Shown one piece after another: positions 1 to 12,394 of a stretch of DNA of 64,000 bases; positions within the stretch are counted from its first letter, which is position 1; each line of letters starts with the position of its first letter. Position numbers and translations under genes: made by a program. The notes beneath the pieces were generated by a model, which was given only the letters and a program-made list of their open reading frames with translations, had not been told where the DNA came from and did not search any database. Source of the stretch: Octopus vulgaris. Lineage: Eukaryota. Location of the stretch: assembly GCA_951406725.2 (NCBI GenBank), contig OX597826.1, forward strand, positions 14,880,001 through 14,944,000, in the 5' to 3' direction.

Positions 1-117
1 ATCCGCCTCGGTTAAACTAGTAGTTACATTTACCTGCCGCTTTGATCTACTTCTTCTTGAGATTTTATTACTATATATATATATATATATATATTATAAT
101 GAGGGAGGCCGGTTTAT

Positions 118-178
118 GGGGTTACCCTGGGTGTCTCGCTCATACGGGGTTTAGCCTTATGGCATATCTTCAGACCCC
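118..178 (-). ncRNA. Degenerate type-I hammerhead ribozyme motif in a Penelope-like terminal repeat
   Basis: Minus strand reads GGGGT-CTGAAGA-(imperfect stem II)-GAGAC-ACCC A GGGT-A-ACCCC. A 5-bp stem I brackets the CUGANGA core and a GUA cleavage triplet; the GAAA is mutated. Flanked by (TA)n. Confidence 0.55.
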
Positions 179-394
179 AAACACTGCTGACCTAAATCCA
201 CTTTAAAATATGGAGGAGGAATATATACGTTTTTATTATTATTTTGTAATTTACTTAATCATCGGTATATTATTGTTATTTTATTTTTAATATTTCTATT
301 ATATGTAATTTTCTAGATGGTATAGTTTAATTGTTCTTTTTGAATTGATAAAAGGTGTTTTTTCCTAATTTATATATATATATATATATATATT

Positions 395-900
395 ACAGAG
401 ATGTACTGGAACGAAAACAATTGCAGCGTGGAAGGTGTTTATAAGCCATTTAAGAAACACACAAAAGCCGTTCGATTCACTTCAACATTTAAATTTAATT
501 TTTCAAAATATTTTCGTCGCTTTGAGACCGCGACCTGTTCACTGACAAAACTTCGTGATGCAGCACGAAGTTTACATACGCCAACAAAAACAGCAAGTCT
601 ACTAAATACAGACCCATAACGATGTGTTCATATCAAAAGTTAAAATTAGCAACCAAATGCGCGCTTAAATGACGCTCAACGGCTTTGTTGAAATATAATA
701 TAACACTAGATATACATTGTAAACTTAGGTATTTAAAAAGGTTGGATCCCATGGATCGTTCGACTTGGATAACGAGACTCATTGTCAGTGCTGACCTCAA
801 GATAAACCGAAGCAACAACAACGATAAATCTACCCACTTTGTTCATATAAATGTAATAAGTCTTCGATAATGCGAAGTACTTAAAACTCCTTGGTCTATT
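395..900 (-). mobile_element. Degraded Penelope-like element 3' region (GIY-YIG-like remnant plus HHR-bearing tail)
   Basis: Frameshifted minus-strand peptide VYLEVSTDNESRYPSRT...AVERHLSAH...NFNF resembles the PLE endonuclease VY..C....YIG.T...H...F.F. It lies upstream of the HHR motif and (TA)n. Confidence 0.4.
503..546 (-). ncRNA. Hammerhead ribozyme variant with G3-C8 pair (GUGAACA core)
   Basis: Minus strand reads TCA-GTGAACA-G-GTCGC-ggtctcaaa-GCGAC-GAA-AATATT-T-TGA, with a 5-bp stem II and a palindromic stem III. Confidence 0.6.
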
Positions 901-1195
901 ATTATTTTCGTAAGCAATGATAGATTCTGTTCAGCTTTCATTAAACCTTCAGACCCTCTCAACTCTTAAATCTTCGATTTTGATCCAATGCTGTGATTAT
1001 TAATCGTCTCTGCTGTCTCTTTCTTTAATAACAGAGCAATGAAAGTACAAAAGACTTGACCACGAATTGTTATTAATATAGTTTCAAACGACTTCTTTAA
1101 CTTATGCTTTCTTCCTGCGGTTTTCTCTGCTCCATCTTCTCTGATCTATCTCTTCGCTTTATTGAATGTACTGTATAATTTCTTAATTGCCAGTT

Positions 1196-1415
1196 CTTTT
1201 ATTCTTTTATTCTTATACTTGTTTCAGTCATTTGACTGCGGCCATGCTGGAGCACCGCCTTTAGCCGAGCAAATCGATCCCAGGGCTTATTCTTTGTAAG
1301 CCTGGTATTTATATAATATCGGTATCTTTTTCCAAACCACTAAGTCTCGGGTGCGTATATATACCAGCATCGGTTGTCAAGCGATGGTGGGGGGGGGGGG
1401 CAAACACAGACACAT

Positions 1416-1458
<43 letters not shown>

Positions 1459-1662
1459 CGTGTGTGTGTGTATATATGTATGTATATGTATATATACACG
1501 ACAAGCTTCTTTCAGTTTCCGTCTACCACACCCACTGACAAGGCTTTGGTCGGCACGAGGCTATAATAGAACACACTTGTCCAAGGTGTCACGCAGTGGG
1601 GCCGAACGCGGAACTAAGTGTTTGAGAAACAAGCGTCTTACCACGCGGCTGCGCCTGCGCCT
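1196..1662 (-). mobile_element. tRNA-derived SINE, family A
   Basis: Reverse complement of the 5702-6102 copy: tRNA-like head, internal (TA/CA)n, and a tail ending GACTGAAACAAGTA(AAAGAAT)n. Confidence 0.9.
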
Positions 1663-1714
1663 TAACTATCTGTATATATCTAGTATTATTTTCTACTATG
1701 TAGTCTACAATAAT

Positions 1715-1950
1715 AGTCCAGCGGTTAGGAATGCGGGACTTATGATCGTTAGATTGTGTGTTCGATTCATGGACCGGGTGGCACGTTGCGTCTTTGGGTA
1801 AGACATTCCATTTCATGTTACTTCTTCCAACTTAGCTGAAAATAAATACGTTCAACAGCTGGAAATGAAACCACCCAGTGACGGTTTAATCGTTTAAATG
1901 CCACGGGAACTGAGATAAGCTCCAGCTTAATGAGTCCTCTGGTTCGAAAT
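1715..1950 (+). mobile_element. Degenerate tRNA-derived SINE, family D
   Basis: A/B-box-like head (GCGGTTAGG...GTTCGATTC) and ATGCCACGGGAACTGAGATAAGC tail, similar to 61329-61560. Confidence 0.55.
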
Positions 1951-3332
1951 ATAGCTTTAACTGAGCTAATTATTAAATGAATGTTGACTTAATTAAATAA
2001 GCAAACATATATAAACGTAAATTTAATGAAGGGAAATTCTTTAGCACTAAGGATTAATTCTTGGCAAGAAAGGCAGAAAGGTCAACTCCGATTATTATTA
2101 AGAATTGAATGAGACACGCATTTACAGTAGTCCTCTTGTCTTTCTTTTTATAAAGATTAGTCCTTAAAGTTAATACTTTTGTTCCCACTACAGGTGTACA
2201 TTTGAGCTCAGAATGTAAAGACGGACAAAATGCCACCAGGCATTTTACCTGGCGTGCTACCTATTCTGCTAGTTCGCCTTTCGTAAAGATTTTCTATCAT
2301 TTTTTACGTGGCTTATCCTAAAAATATTTTTCTTATTTTATTACGTAGTTTCCTTGGTTCATTCATATTATTACATTACAAATATATTTGAAATCATACA
2401 ATGCGAAATGCACGAAGAGAATGTCCTCACAAAATTAACACCTGAACAATAATAATTTCTGATTTCTTTTTCACAAAGTACAAATTAACCTTACGCTTTG
2501 AAACAAATACCAATATTTGTATTTTGCTTGAATTTTCCATAATTCCTTTTATTCCTTGGTGGATTGCATTTGCTTTCTTGACTTCTAACAGAGTATTGTA
2601 AATAAAGTGCAATATCCAGTCCATTCACTAGAAACCACAAACAACGGAATTGTTCGAGAATAACTGAGATGTTGAGACGTTCACATTTTTGCATTGACAT
2701 TGAACTGTAAATTAAAGCCAGATCGTGAACTCAAATCGGCTGAATTTTGCATCTTATTTAAGGGTGTTCGCAACAGCTTATCTAAGATGTATATCTAATC
2801 AAATTTACTGGATATACGATTGTTTATATGGAGACATTAAAGGTTGATATGGTAAATTATTTCTCAAGCCATAAGGGAAATTTGCTTCAACGGGTTCGAA
2901 ACTGGGTATTACATTCGGCTTACTTCCTTTCTACATTCTACAATACTAAATTATATTCGATATTTCCCATGGCAGTAACAAAATGCATACTTCTAACATT
3001 TTGCTATTATATACAAATTTAGTTTACGTGCAACATTAAATCACCCGCTTACACATACATATTCGTACATACACACACATACACATACATACACGCACAA
3101 ACACAGCCAAGTGCAGAAGACGTTCGATTTCAATTTTTTTCAAACAATATACTTCTCATTAATTCCCCTGCTAAATTGAACAACACAATTTACTATACTC
3201 TTGTTTTAGAGTCAATACGAATATTTTCATACAATCAGGAATAAAATTTATTATAGATGAGTGAATCGAAAAACCAAGATGGTGACACTGGATTCTTGAA
3301 CTTAAAAAATAAATCATTGTTCCATTTCATAG

Positions 3333-3371
3333 AGTCTCCAAAGCCACCTCAACCGTCACCTGTTGGTAACG
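3333..3371 (+). CDS. Candidate 39-nt (or 33-nt) phase-1 microexon, Pro-rich (xSPKPPQPSPVGN)
   Basis: Acceptor TTCCATTTCATAG; two in-frame donors GTAACG (3366) and GTAAAT (3372). GC-richer unique island with an open frame. Confidence 0.3.
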
Positions 3372-3811
3372 GTAAATGTAAATAAACCATACATAATTAA
3401 TGGAATTATTCTCTACCAATGTTAACCTGTGTCCACAATATCATTGCTTTATACACAAGATGAGGTGATAGGTTTGGTGGTGATAGCATAAATCTCTAGA
3501 ACTAAAAATGTAGAAATAAATAAACATTATTTGCTCTTTATTTTAGAGTTTATTACGGATTAGAAAAACTTTTTTAAAGACTGAATTTATTAATTCCTAA
3601 AGAATACACACAAGTCCAACGTCAATAATTTGGGATTTAAAATAGGACAGCTGCACAAACGAACGAACTAATTTCTCGTCTTTCTATTACGCTAACCCTT
3701 TTCTAGATCTCTCTTCCATACACTTTCATTTTCTCCTCCTTCTCTCTCCCTCACTCTCTCCCTCTATCTATTTATCTATCTGCCTACCTATCTATCAATC
3801 TATCTATCTAC

Positions 3812-3857
<46 letters not shown>

Positions 3858-4469
3858 CACTTCCTGTTTCCTTCTCTCTTTCTTTCTCTCTCTCTCGCTC
3901 TCACCCTCTCTACATACACTCATACATACTTACATATTTTGGGATGGTGATTGATGAGGAATAAGCTACGAATTTTCTTATTCTTAAGCTTTTGAAAAAT
4001 GTTATGTTTTTGCTAAACTTTTCAAATATATTTACGGACCGCCAAACATTTCTGATTATTCAACTCATTTATAAAATATTCTTGAAATATTTTCTCTTTC
4101 TTTCTTTTCCTCACTTTTGTCTTCCTCTCACTTTCGTTCTCTCTCTCTTTCCCTCCCTGATACTTTAAATCTTTCTTCGTTCTGACTTTCTTATGTCTTT
4201 CTCTCGTCTCCAGTCCCGCAGGACATTTTCATTTTCCTTTGCGTTACACCACAATCGGTCAGTCTTGCGTCTGCATAGCTTTTTTTGTTGTATATGTATG
4301 TTTTATTTTGTTGTGTTTGTTTTCTACATTGTCCTGTACATTCGTTGGCTATTCCCAGTGGATTTTCGTCACTGGCGCCACCAAAAGGGGACAATATCAA
4401 CGTTGAAGGCACGAAATTGTAATTATCTTTTGGACGTTGATTGATGAGGAATCAGCTACGAATTTTCTG

Positions 4470-4700
4470 TTCAATATTTAAGAGATGAAGAATTATTTGT
4501 CCTCATCTTATTTGTTGTTATCACAACGTTTCGGCTGATATAGCCAGCCTTCATCAGGTCTTTTGGGGAAATTTCGAACATGGGTTCTCATTCCTTAGGT
4601 ATTTTTCGATATTATTATTATTCAGGTCACTGCTTGGAATCGGAACTCGGAATCTTGGGGTTAATAGCCCGCGCTCTTAACCACTACGCCGTATGCCCGT
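4470..4700 (-). mobile_element. tRNA-headed element carrying a hammerhead ribozyme and PLE-like tail
   Basis: Minus strand: head with A box (GGCGTAGTGG) and B box (GTTCCGATTCC), then GCAGTGACCTGAA(TAA)n, ATCGAAAAATACC..., the HHR, and an AACAACAAATAAGATGAGGAC tail. A second copy lies at 47805-48329. Confidence 0.7.
4521..4560 (-). ncRNA. Minimal type-I hammerhead ribozyme motif
   Basis: CTGATGA-A-GGCTG-gctatat-CAGCC-GAA-ACGT-T-GTG: canonical core, 5-bp stem II, palindromic ACGU stem III and GUU site. Stem I is weak in this copy. Confidence 0.75.
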
Positions 4701-5701
4701 GGGCAGTTATGGAGTGAATTTTTTAGGGTTTATAAATCTAATATTTTTCTATCCTTCCTTAATACCAGTTCCCGTAATGCTTCTCATATCTGCACTCGTT
4801 CTGCTTAGGAGCACATATGCTAACACACCACAACCTCCTAACAAGACGACGACAAACATCCGTCAAATGAGTAATACAAGTAATATTTTGCGGCTGCTTA
4901 GCGGTCACTAAGTGTAGTATTGCGCATTTTGTGTTCATATATATGAAGTAGATTGGTGTTAGCGAATGCATATACAATAACACGTTTGAATTATTTGAAC
5001 ATTCACACTATCTGATGAAGACGTGATAGACCAAAACCTTCAAACGTTCATGAGTAGGTATGTGCGCACAAATCTAAGTATTTTTGCTAATACTCATTTT
5101 GGTTCTTTCTTTAAAATAGGCCCGATTCTAAGAAATAAACAGTTTTATTAGTGGGATTTAAACGAGAAAAACGTAAAAAGTTATACGTTGCATTTAAGTA
5201 AAATTTCTTATATTTTTATTGTTCCGCTTACAAAGCAGGTTTTAGCTGTCACACTGGCCATATTCTTTTCCTGAAAGCCTACAACTTTCCGAGTTTACTG
5301 CTTTGACATGACCGATTTCGTTCTTGCTGAGTTTGAGAGAGAACGCATATCTTATCTCTCTAATCCTGCTTAGTTTTTACCGTCCAGAGCATTTGTATTG
5401 TGTTTATTATGTTTGCATTTAGCAAAAGTTTCTGTGGTAAAATTCAATCAATGTTCCTTCCATTGAAACATAGGTATGTACCCTACATTAAATATATGTT
5501 GTCGAATAATTTTACCCACGAAGTTTTAGGTACGAAGGAAGACATTGTATGCAGTTTCAATAAAAACATCACGTCACATTTTAAGGCAGTACTTTATGAC
5601 ATCTGGTGAGCTGCACGATGACTGCATTGACCAAAATCCTTTAAGATATTTCTGAGAAGGGGTTGCTTTTTACGGAGATATTTTTTATTTGGTATACATT
5701 T

Positions 5702-6102
5702 GGGGCTGTGTGGTAAGTAGCTTGTTTACCAACCACATGGTTCCGGGTTCAGTCCCACTGCGTGGCACCTTGGGCAAGTGTCTTCTGCTATAGCCTCGGG
5801 CCGACCAAAGCCTTGTGAGTGGATTTGGTAGACGGAAACTGAAAAGAAGCCCGTCGTATATATGTATATATATATCTATGCATGTGTGTGTTTGTGTGTC
5901 TGTATTTGTCCCCCTCGCATTGCTTGACAACCGATCCTGGTTTGTTTACGTCCCCGTTACTTAGCGGTTCGGCAAAACAGACCGATAGAATAAGTACTGG
6001 GCTTACAAAAGAATAAGTCCCGGGGTCGAGTTGCTCGATTAAAGGCGGTGCTCCAGCATGGCCGCAGTCAAATGACTGAAACAAGTAAAAGAGTAAAAGA
6101 GT
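5702..6102 (+). mobile_element. tRNA-derived SINE, family A (near full length)
   Basis: GGCTGTGTGGTAAG head, GGTTCAGTCCC B-box-like motif, CCTTGGGCAAGTG CORE-like segment, internal microsatellite and (GTAAAAGA)n tail. At least 6 homologous copies occur in the window. Confidence 0.92.
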
Positions 6103-6957
6103 ATTAGAAACGAATTTCTGATACTGGTTTGTTTAAGAAGGCACTTTGATAATGAAGTTTTTCGCCCAACGTCTTGAAATAATTTGAAGTTAATTTCCCT
6201 TCAGTAGTTTGGCGTGTTGAATTTTACAACCGACCATTTTCATTTTACAATGTATTTATTGTGCTGTAAACTTATTATTCGCCTTACACCTTATGATGTT
6301 ATCTGTTTAATTATTTTCTTTATTTTTTTTTTGTTGTAGTTTATGCCGTTGATTTTTTTAACTTCTAATTTCGTTTGTTATCCACTTGGATTACTTACAT
6401 TGTGTTATTCTATTATCGTTTTTACTGTGGGTATCTCTTGAGTGCGCTTTCAGAGCGATAACAGGTATCGATTATCTAATTCGTGTTATCACTTTTTCAT
6501 ACAGTCTCCAACGCTATCGTAAATAACTTTTAACATAAGCGATGATTGTTTCTTTACACTCATCAAAAAAAATGGTCCGTTGCCTAATGGTAGCTTAGAG
6601 AAATCGAAAACTTTCTCCTCAGACAGCAGTGTGAAGTTGTTTTTAAACTATATATATATATTTGACAGTAATATCTGTTGGATCAGTTCATTCATATATA
6701 TGGGTGTTGCCTTGTAATGATGGTGGTGATGGTTATGATTGTGGCGAATGGGTTGATAATGACGATGAGGAAAAACCTATCACCGGTTTGTTTACATTTT
6801 AAGCTTCCTTTAGCAAATTTTGAATATCTACAAAAAAAAATTAGCATGAGCTGTAATAACTGCTATCTCTGACAGTCATTTTTTCGGATGACGTAAAACG
6901 ATTGTTGCTGGAGTTATGTAACTGGACAGGTTTCCTTCCAATATCTCTTTAGCCGAA

Positions 6958-7142
6958 CGCGGTGAGCTGGCAGAATCGTTTTGCACACCATGCAAAATAC
7001 TTAGCGGCATTTCCTCCTTTTTACGTTCTAAGTTCAAATTTCGCCATGGTTGACTTCGCCTTTTATCATTTCGGGGTCGTTAAAATAAGTGCGAGTTGAG
7101 CACCTCCCCCAAAATTGCTGGCCTAGTGCAAACATTTGAAAC
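6958..7142 (+). mobile_element. SINE family B (tail type 2)
   Basis: GGTGAGCTGGCAGAATCGTT head, GTTCAAAT B box and conserved GCCTTTCATCCTTTCGGGGTCG-like core. Confidence 0.8.
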
Positions 7143-7231
7143 TAATCTTTCTTTAGCCGAATTGCTTACTATAACTGATAGAACGAAATTCTCAAGATAT
7201 TTTTCTGACACGGACATAAAATTTCGATTTA

Positions 7232-7595
7232 ATAGTAAAGGCCAAGTGAATCGAAAATAATACTTGCAGATTTTTAATAGTTTTTATGACGGCAGAATCA
7301 TTGGAATCAGTATTGGCGGCGTTTTCATTCGCCACAACATGAATCCGGTGTTAGTTTGTTTACATCCCCTTAGCGGTTCGGCAAACGAGCCTGTAGAATA
7401 AGTACACCAAGCTTTACAAATAAGTACTGGGGACAATTTGTTCCACTTAACCTTTAAAGATGGTGTCCCCAGTACTTATTTTTAAAGCTTGGTGTACTTA
7501 TTCTACAGGTTTCGCTGCCAATACTGATTCCAATGATTCTGCCGTCATAAAAACTATTAAAAATCTGCAAGTATTATTTTCGATTCACTTGACCT

Positions 7596-7602
<7 letters not shown>
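7232..7602. repeat. Local inverted duplication (hairpin) with internal deletion
   Basis: 7232-7321 plus 7390-7435 are reverse-complemented at 7465-7602, followed by (TA)n. Confidence 0.85.
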
Positions 7603-7651
<49 letters not shown>

Positions 7652-7879
7652 CAAATACATGTACATGTGTGTGAGGGAGAGAGACTGACTGACAGAGACA
7701 GAGAAGCAAGTTCTAGACCATGTAAAGGTGGACTAATCATATCTAGTCCTTCAATCGAGGGTAATTTATTTTTCAAGTATTTAATTCTTCACTTGAATTT
7801 TAACCACTGTACCTTATGGGACAAAAACAGCTAATTTTGTTACAGTTTTTTGAAGATTATTCTTTCTATGTGCTGCTGT

Positions 7880-8196
7880 TGGGCGGTTGCTGTTGCTGTT
7901 GAGCGAACGGTCTTCGTCCCAGAGCTCGCAAGATGGGAGAAGTCCGAAACGTGGTCCTTTGCTGTTCGTAAGACCCGCAGAAGACAAAGCAGGTCAACCC
8001 CCGGTACCGAGAGCATCGATGGATGGATGAATGCGCATTCAGGCTCAGCGGTTGCGTAGGAAGTCGGGGACACGAAACAGGAAGAAAGAGTGAGAGAAAG
8101 TTGGGGCGAAAGAGTACAACATGGGTCACCACCACCCCTTACCGGAGCTCAATAAACACACACGACGCCCAGTCTGGGAATCGAAACCGCGATCCT
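7880..8196 (-). mobile_element. SINE family C copy with a distinct 3' tail
   Basis: 8075-8196 matches family C (CTGGGAATCGAAACCGCGATCC, AAAGAGTACAAC, GAGTGAGAGAAAG). 7880-8070 is a GC-rich alternative tail. Confidence 0.75.
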
Positions 8197-8799
8197 CTTG
8201 CTGTTGCTGTCGCTGTTGTTGTCTCTTTGTTATATAACCTGACTTTCTTGACAGTTCAAGGTATAATAAATAGTCGCAAGATCCAATATTTGTCTTTCCT
8301 AGACTTACCAGTTTATTAGCATTTAAGGTTTCAGAATGAGTGATTTTAAAAACAAGACCTACACCTTTCCATATTTTCTCTTTTTATTAGCTTTAATTTT
8401 CGATGTCGGCCATTTTCATTTTCTATTTCTCTTTTTTCTCTTTTTTTTTACAGAAGTTCAGTTATCAATATAAACATCGTTATAACCTCAATGTTAACTT
8501 ACTGTTTCTATATCATAGTCGATCAAGCAAAAGGAAAGAATTTTCACTCGACCATTTTAGACTTCAAAATCCTAACAACACCAATTACCCAACAATTATT
8601 TCAATAAAAAAAAATGCAATGTAATAAAAAAAATTGATAGTGACTTTTGTTTTTATTCCAAATTCCTTTAACCCGACTGACAAAATAATTAAAATTGGGT
8701 GGGGGGATCATTTATGGTGGAAGGAGAATATTTTCTTTAAGAGAATCTGAATAAAAGGAGGAGAAAAGGAACAAGAAAAAGAAAAGAAAATATGGCAAC

Positions 8800-10100
8800 A
8801 AACAATAGTTGATATCAATGAGAACTGGGATCTGGTTGGATTTTTGGTTAGAGTTAAGGGAATGAATTATGACCAGTTAAAAATCTGTGTTTCTATGGTA
8901 AAGTTAAAACATTAATTATCCTGCAAATGATGTCAGATGAACAATGTGTAATAGAAACGGACTAATGTGGTTCTGGTCAATGCAGCATAATGTTGTGCAC
9001 AGTGGCCGAGAAGTGAGAAGTGGGAGGGATTGTGTACCATTAGTAGTAAGAATATGCCAATATGATGTAAAGGTTATTCAACTACTGCGCCCGTCTCTTT
9101 ATGTGGAGTTCAAAGAGGATTCTGAAGAAGGAGGAGCGCTGCAGTAGACAAAGGGAAATATGTTAAGATTTGGGAGTACAGGAATACACCAGCAAAGCTC
9201 TAGGTGAAGCAATTGGAAGTCGTAGCTGGGTTTCAAGCCACAATTCTAGAGAAGCTCAACCTGCAGAGGTGAGGTGGTCCCTGTCTTGTGGCCTCCAGCA
9301 AATAGACGTAAAATGGAAAATGTTAGCTGTTCAGTTGGGTGTAATTTTGGAGTTGAACCCAAAGGGTGAGGTGAAGGAAAGCTGGGTTTGCTACAAAAGT
9401 GTATCACAATTAATGTATAGGGAACATTGGGACCATGGCGAAAAGTGGGGCTAAATAGTATAAGAGGGAGGTGCTGTCCGCTGGCGAATTAGAGGTCTGT
9501 AAAGAATAGTTTTTGTCTCTATAGGAAGTCGCAAAAGCAAACCTTTCAGAGTTGCATGACGGCATGAAGAGAAAGGACACAGAATTCGGGTTCGGAATGC
9601 CTGTTCCAGGAAAGAATGTGTGAAAAGAATAAGAGGAGGGACATCTAAGCAATCATACATGGATCTAAAAAAAAATAGAAACATCCAGATCATTGAAAGA
9701 TGAGTTGGTGCCACATTTTAACATAACATTTTCAGATAAGCAAGGAGAGTCATTTGTGGCGGCACGAAGTTTGAAAATTCAGCCAGAACCAGAGCAAGTG
9801 TTCGACAGGAGTGAGTTATGACTTGAGAATTTGAAGCTGTGGTGCAGAAGTAGCGCAATGGAGTATAAAGGACTCACGTAGATGTTTTCAAGTATTGTTC
9901 GTAGCTTGGGAACTTGTGACAGAATCTCAAGGTGTTATAACGAGAATAAGTTAAGCCAGTAAGTGTATTATTGAAGGGTTGTACAGAATGACAATAATGC
10001 TTTAAGAAATTGATAATTCTGCTCAGTATCACTTTAATGTTGATGGGAAACATTTGATGAGTGTATTGGTAAGGAGATCGATGGGTTTCTCTATAAAGAA
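8800..10100 (-). pseudogene. Highly degraded L1-like LINE ORF2 (RT) remnant
   Basis: Frameshifted minus-strand motifs occur in RT order: HGPNV (~9430), TRQGPP (~9285), then HLTSFAG (FADD-like, ~8930). Confidence 0.4.
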
Positions 10101-10447
10101 CTCATTTGACGAGACAGCTACTGCCCCGCGATTTCCAGCATGCGTCGAGTGTGAATATGATGTTTTAGCAGTCCACTCAGAGGTGAAAAAAAGAGTTAGC
10201 AAATGGTGATATCATCTTCTTGGGATTCGCAATCGCTACATGCATTCTACAATAAAGTTCTAAGGTGATGAAAGTGAAGACTTTGATTCTTTGTGTTGCT
10301 TAAGTTGTTGATGGATATTCTACCGCACAAGTCGTGAAAAAAAAACAGTCTCAAGAAGGTTTGTTTTCTCCTGATAAGCCCGACCGTCGAGCAGTTTTAC
10401 TCAACGACGAGTCGATTATGCATGCAACATGTGTATGAATATATATA

Positions 10448-10690
10448 CAGTGATCACTCGCCATATCGCGGTTTACCTATCGCGCCCGCTGTACATCGCG
10501 GATTTTTCTGGCTAATATTTGTAAATTTATATCACGAACATCTCGGTATATCGCGGGTTTCCGCGGCCGATAGGTATTTATATTTTTTTATGTTTTAACT
10601 ATTTTTGTAGTAAAATAAGTATTTTCACGCCTAAAAGTTAACAAATTAATAAACAAAAATACAGTACAGTACTGCACTGTTTAACACATT
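10448..10690 (+). mobile_element. pogo/Tigger-like MITE end
   Basis: TA followed by CAGTGATCACTCGCCATATCGCGG, with repeated ATCGCGG subterminal motifs. Only one end is seen. Confidence 0.55.
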
Positions 10691-11867
10691 AATTAAAAAA
10701 TATTAAAAGAAAATACGAGTGTGTGGTATTGTTTTGTATACATATATGCTTTATGTATGCATATATGTGTACATGGCGACATGAGGAATCTATCATGCAA
10801 CATCAGTGAGGAATCTGGAAAGTCGAAACTTTACAAAAAATCTCTTGATATATTTGTTCTGCACTGAGTTCAGTAATTCTTTGTAACTGTCAGTATCAGA
10901 AATGTGAAGAAACCCTAAACTAACCGTTCCATTATTTACATATCGATAGAGAAGATATAAATCATTGGATTTGTTATATAAATAAATTATAAGTAAATAA
11001 AATAGGAAAAATTATTAATGCAGAAAACTGCATTAATAACATTTTTTTTTTTAATGCAGCCCAAATCGGAAACAGCTTTTAATTCAGCCAATACCAGAAA
11101 GCGCCGTTTTAAAAATATATGAAGAAAGCACGTGCAATTTGAAACATTCAAGGCGATGTTCAATTACTTCATAACGAGCAATTTCATTGGAATTCAAAGC
11201 AATTCTCCAAAAGTAAACCCTTAAAAATTCATGAAGTATCAATATTAACAGCACTTTATGAACATATGTATTGGAACGCTTCTATCAAGAGATGCAATTA
11301 GATATGGAAATATTTGCATTTAAAAATGCTTAAAGATGCATTTATGCTCTAAAGAAGCGCATTTGTATGTTTATTTGTGTCCTTTTTGTGTGTTTATATG
11401 TGTAAGCAGTGTAAAACTATGAATGAATCAATGCTTGTATGTACAAAAAGTGGTGTACAGTTATTTCGAAGTTTTCCGGTTTTAATATGATGTAATTTGA
11501 TAATATTTACTTCATATTTCTGCTCACCCTGTCACACAAAAACATAAATATACTTTCCTATATCGTAAAAATACTCCATTAAGCCAAACCGATGTTATGA
11601 CAAACAATACGCTCCCGATAGATGAACCAAAAACATTAAAACATTGAAAAAAAAGGCATCGGATGGACGATGCATACCCTGCGCGCAGATAGATTTTTTT
11701 TCGCAAATTATAGTGTAGCTTACAATGCATTTCTTATACATGCTTTTTAATTGAACTAAATTAGTTTTTTCTTAAGTATCACCATTATAGGTATTTATAC
11801 TCCGGTGAAATTAAGAAATCAACTCGTAAATAAATGAAACCTTCGAATCCATCAGTGTACACACACA

Positions 11868-11917
<50 letters not shown>

Positions 11918-12394
11918 GTATGTATGTACGTACGTGCGCACACGTACACAGACACGTACACGCACACGTACACAGACGAAGGTCGATCCATATGAAAAAG
12001 AAAGTTAACAAAACAATATGACCTCTTGCTTATTGAGAAATTCAACCAAATTTGGTAAAAATCCGTTCAACCATTTTCCAGTAATTTTTCAAACACACAG
12101 ACAAACAAAGACGAGTGATTTCAATACCCTGTTTTCGCTTATGCATGCTGGGTAGAAAAAATAGCAGTATTCGACGACCGGCACAATTTGGAAAGTGATC
12201 GGTGAAGCAGTCACAGGAAAAAATGTCACAGTAATAAGTTACAATTTTGGCTAGGGAAGCAGTCACAATTTATGGGATCTATACAAAACCACTTCGGACA
12301 GCCCTCCACCCCAGTCAGAACCCCTGTGACTTCTTCCGCTACCTATTTTTCCGTGACTTTTTTCTTGTCACATTTTTACCTATATGTATATATA

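Noticed and set aside
5011-5052. CTGATGAAG...CTTCAAACGTT hammerhead-like string (also CTGATGAAGG near 56557)
   Set aside because: The GAAA is defective or absent and stems I and II are unconvincing.
10800-11350. Possible MULE-like transposase remnant
   Set aside because: Only a vague YF...FIG resemblance; too degraded to support.
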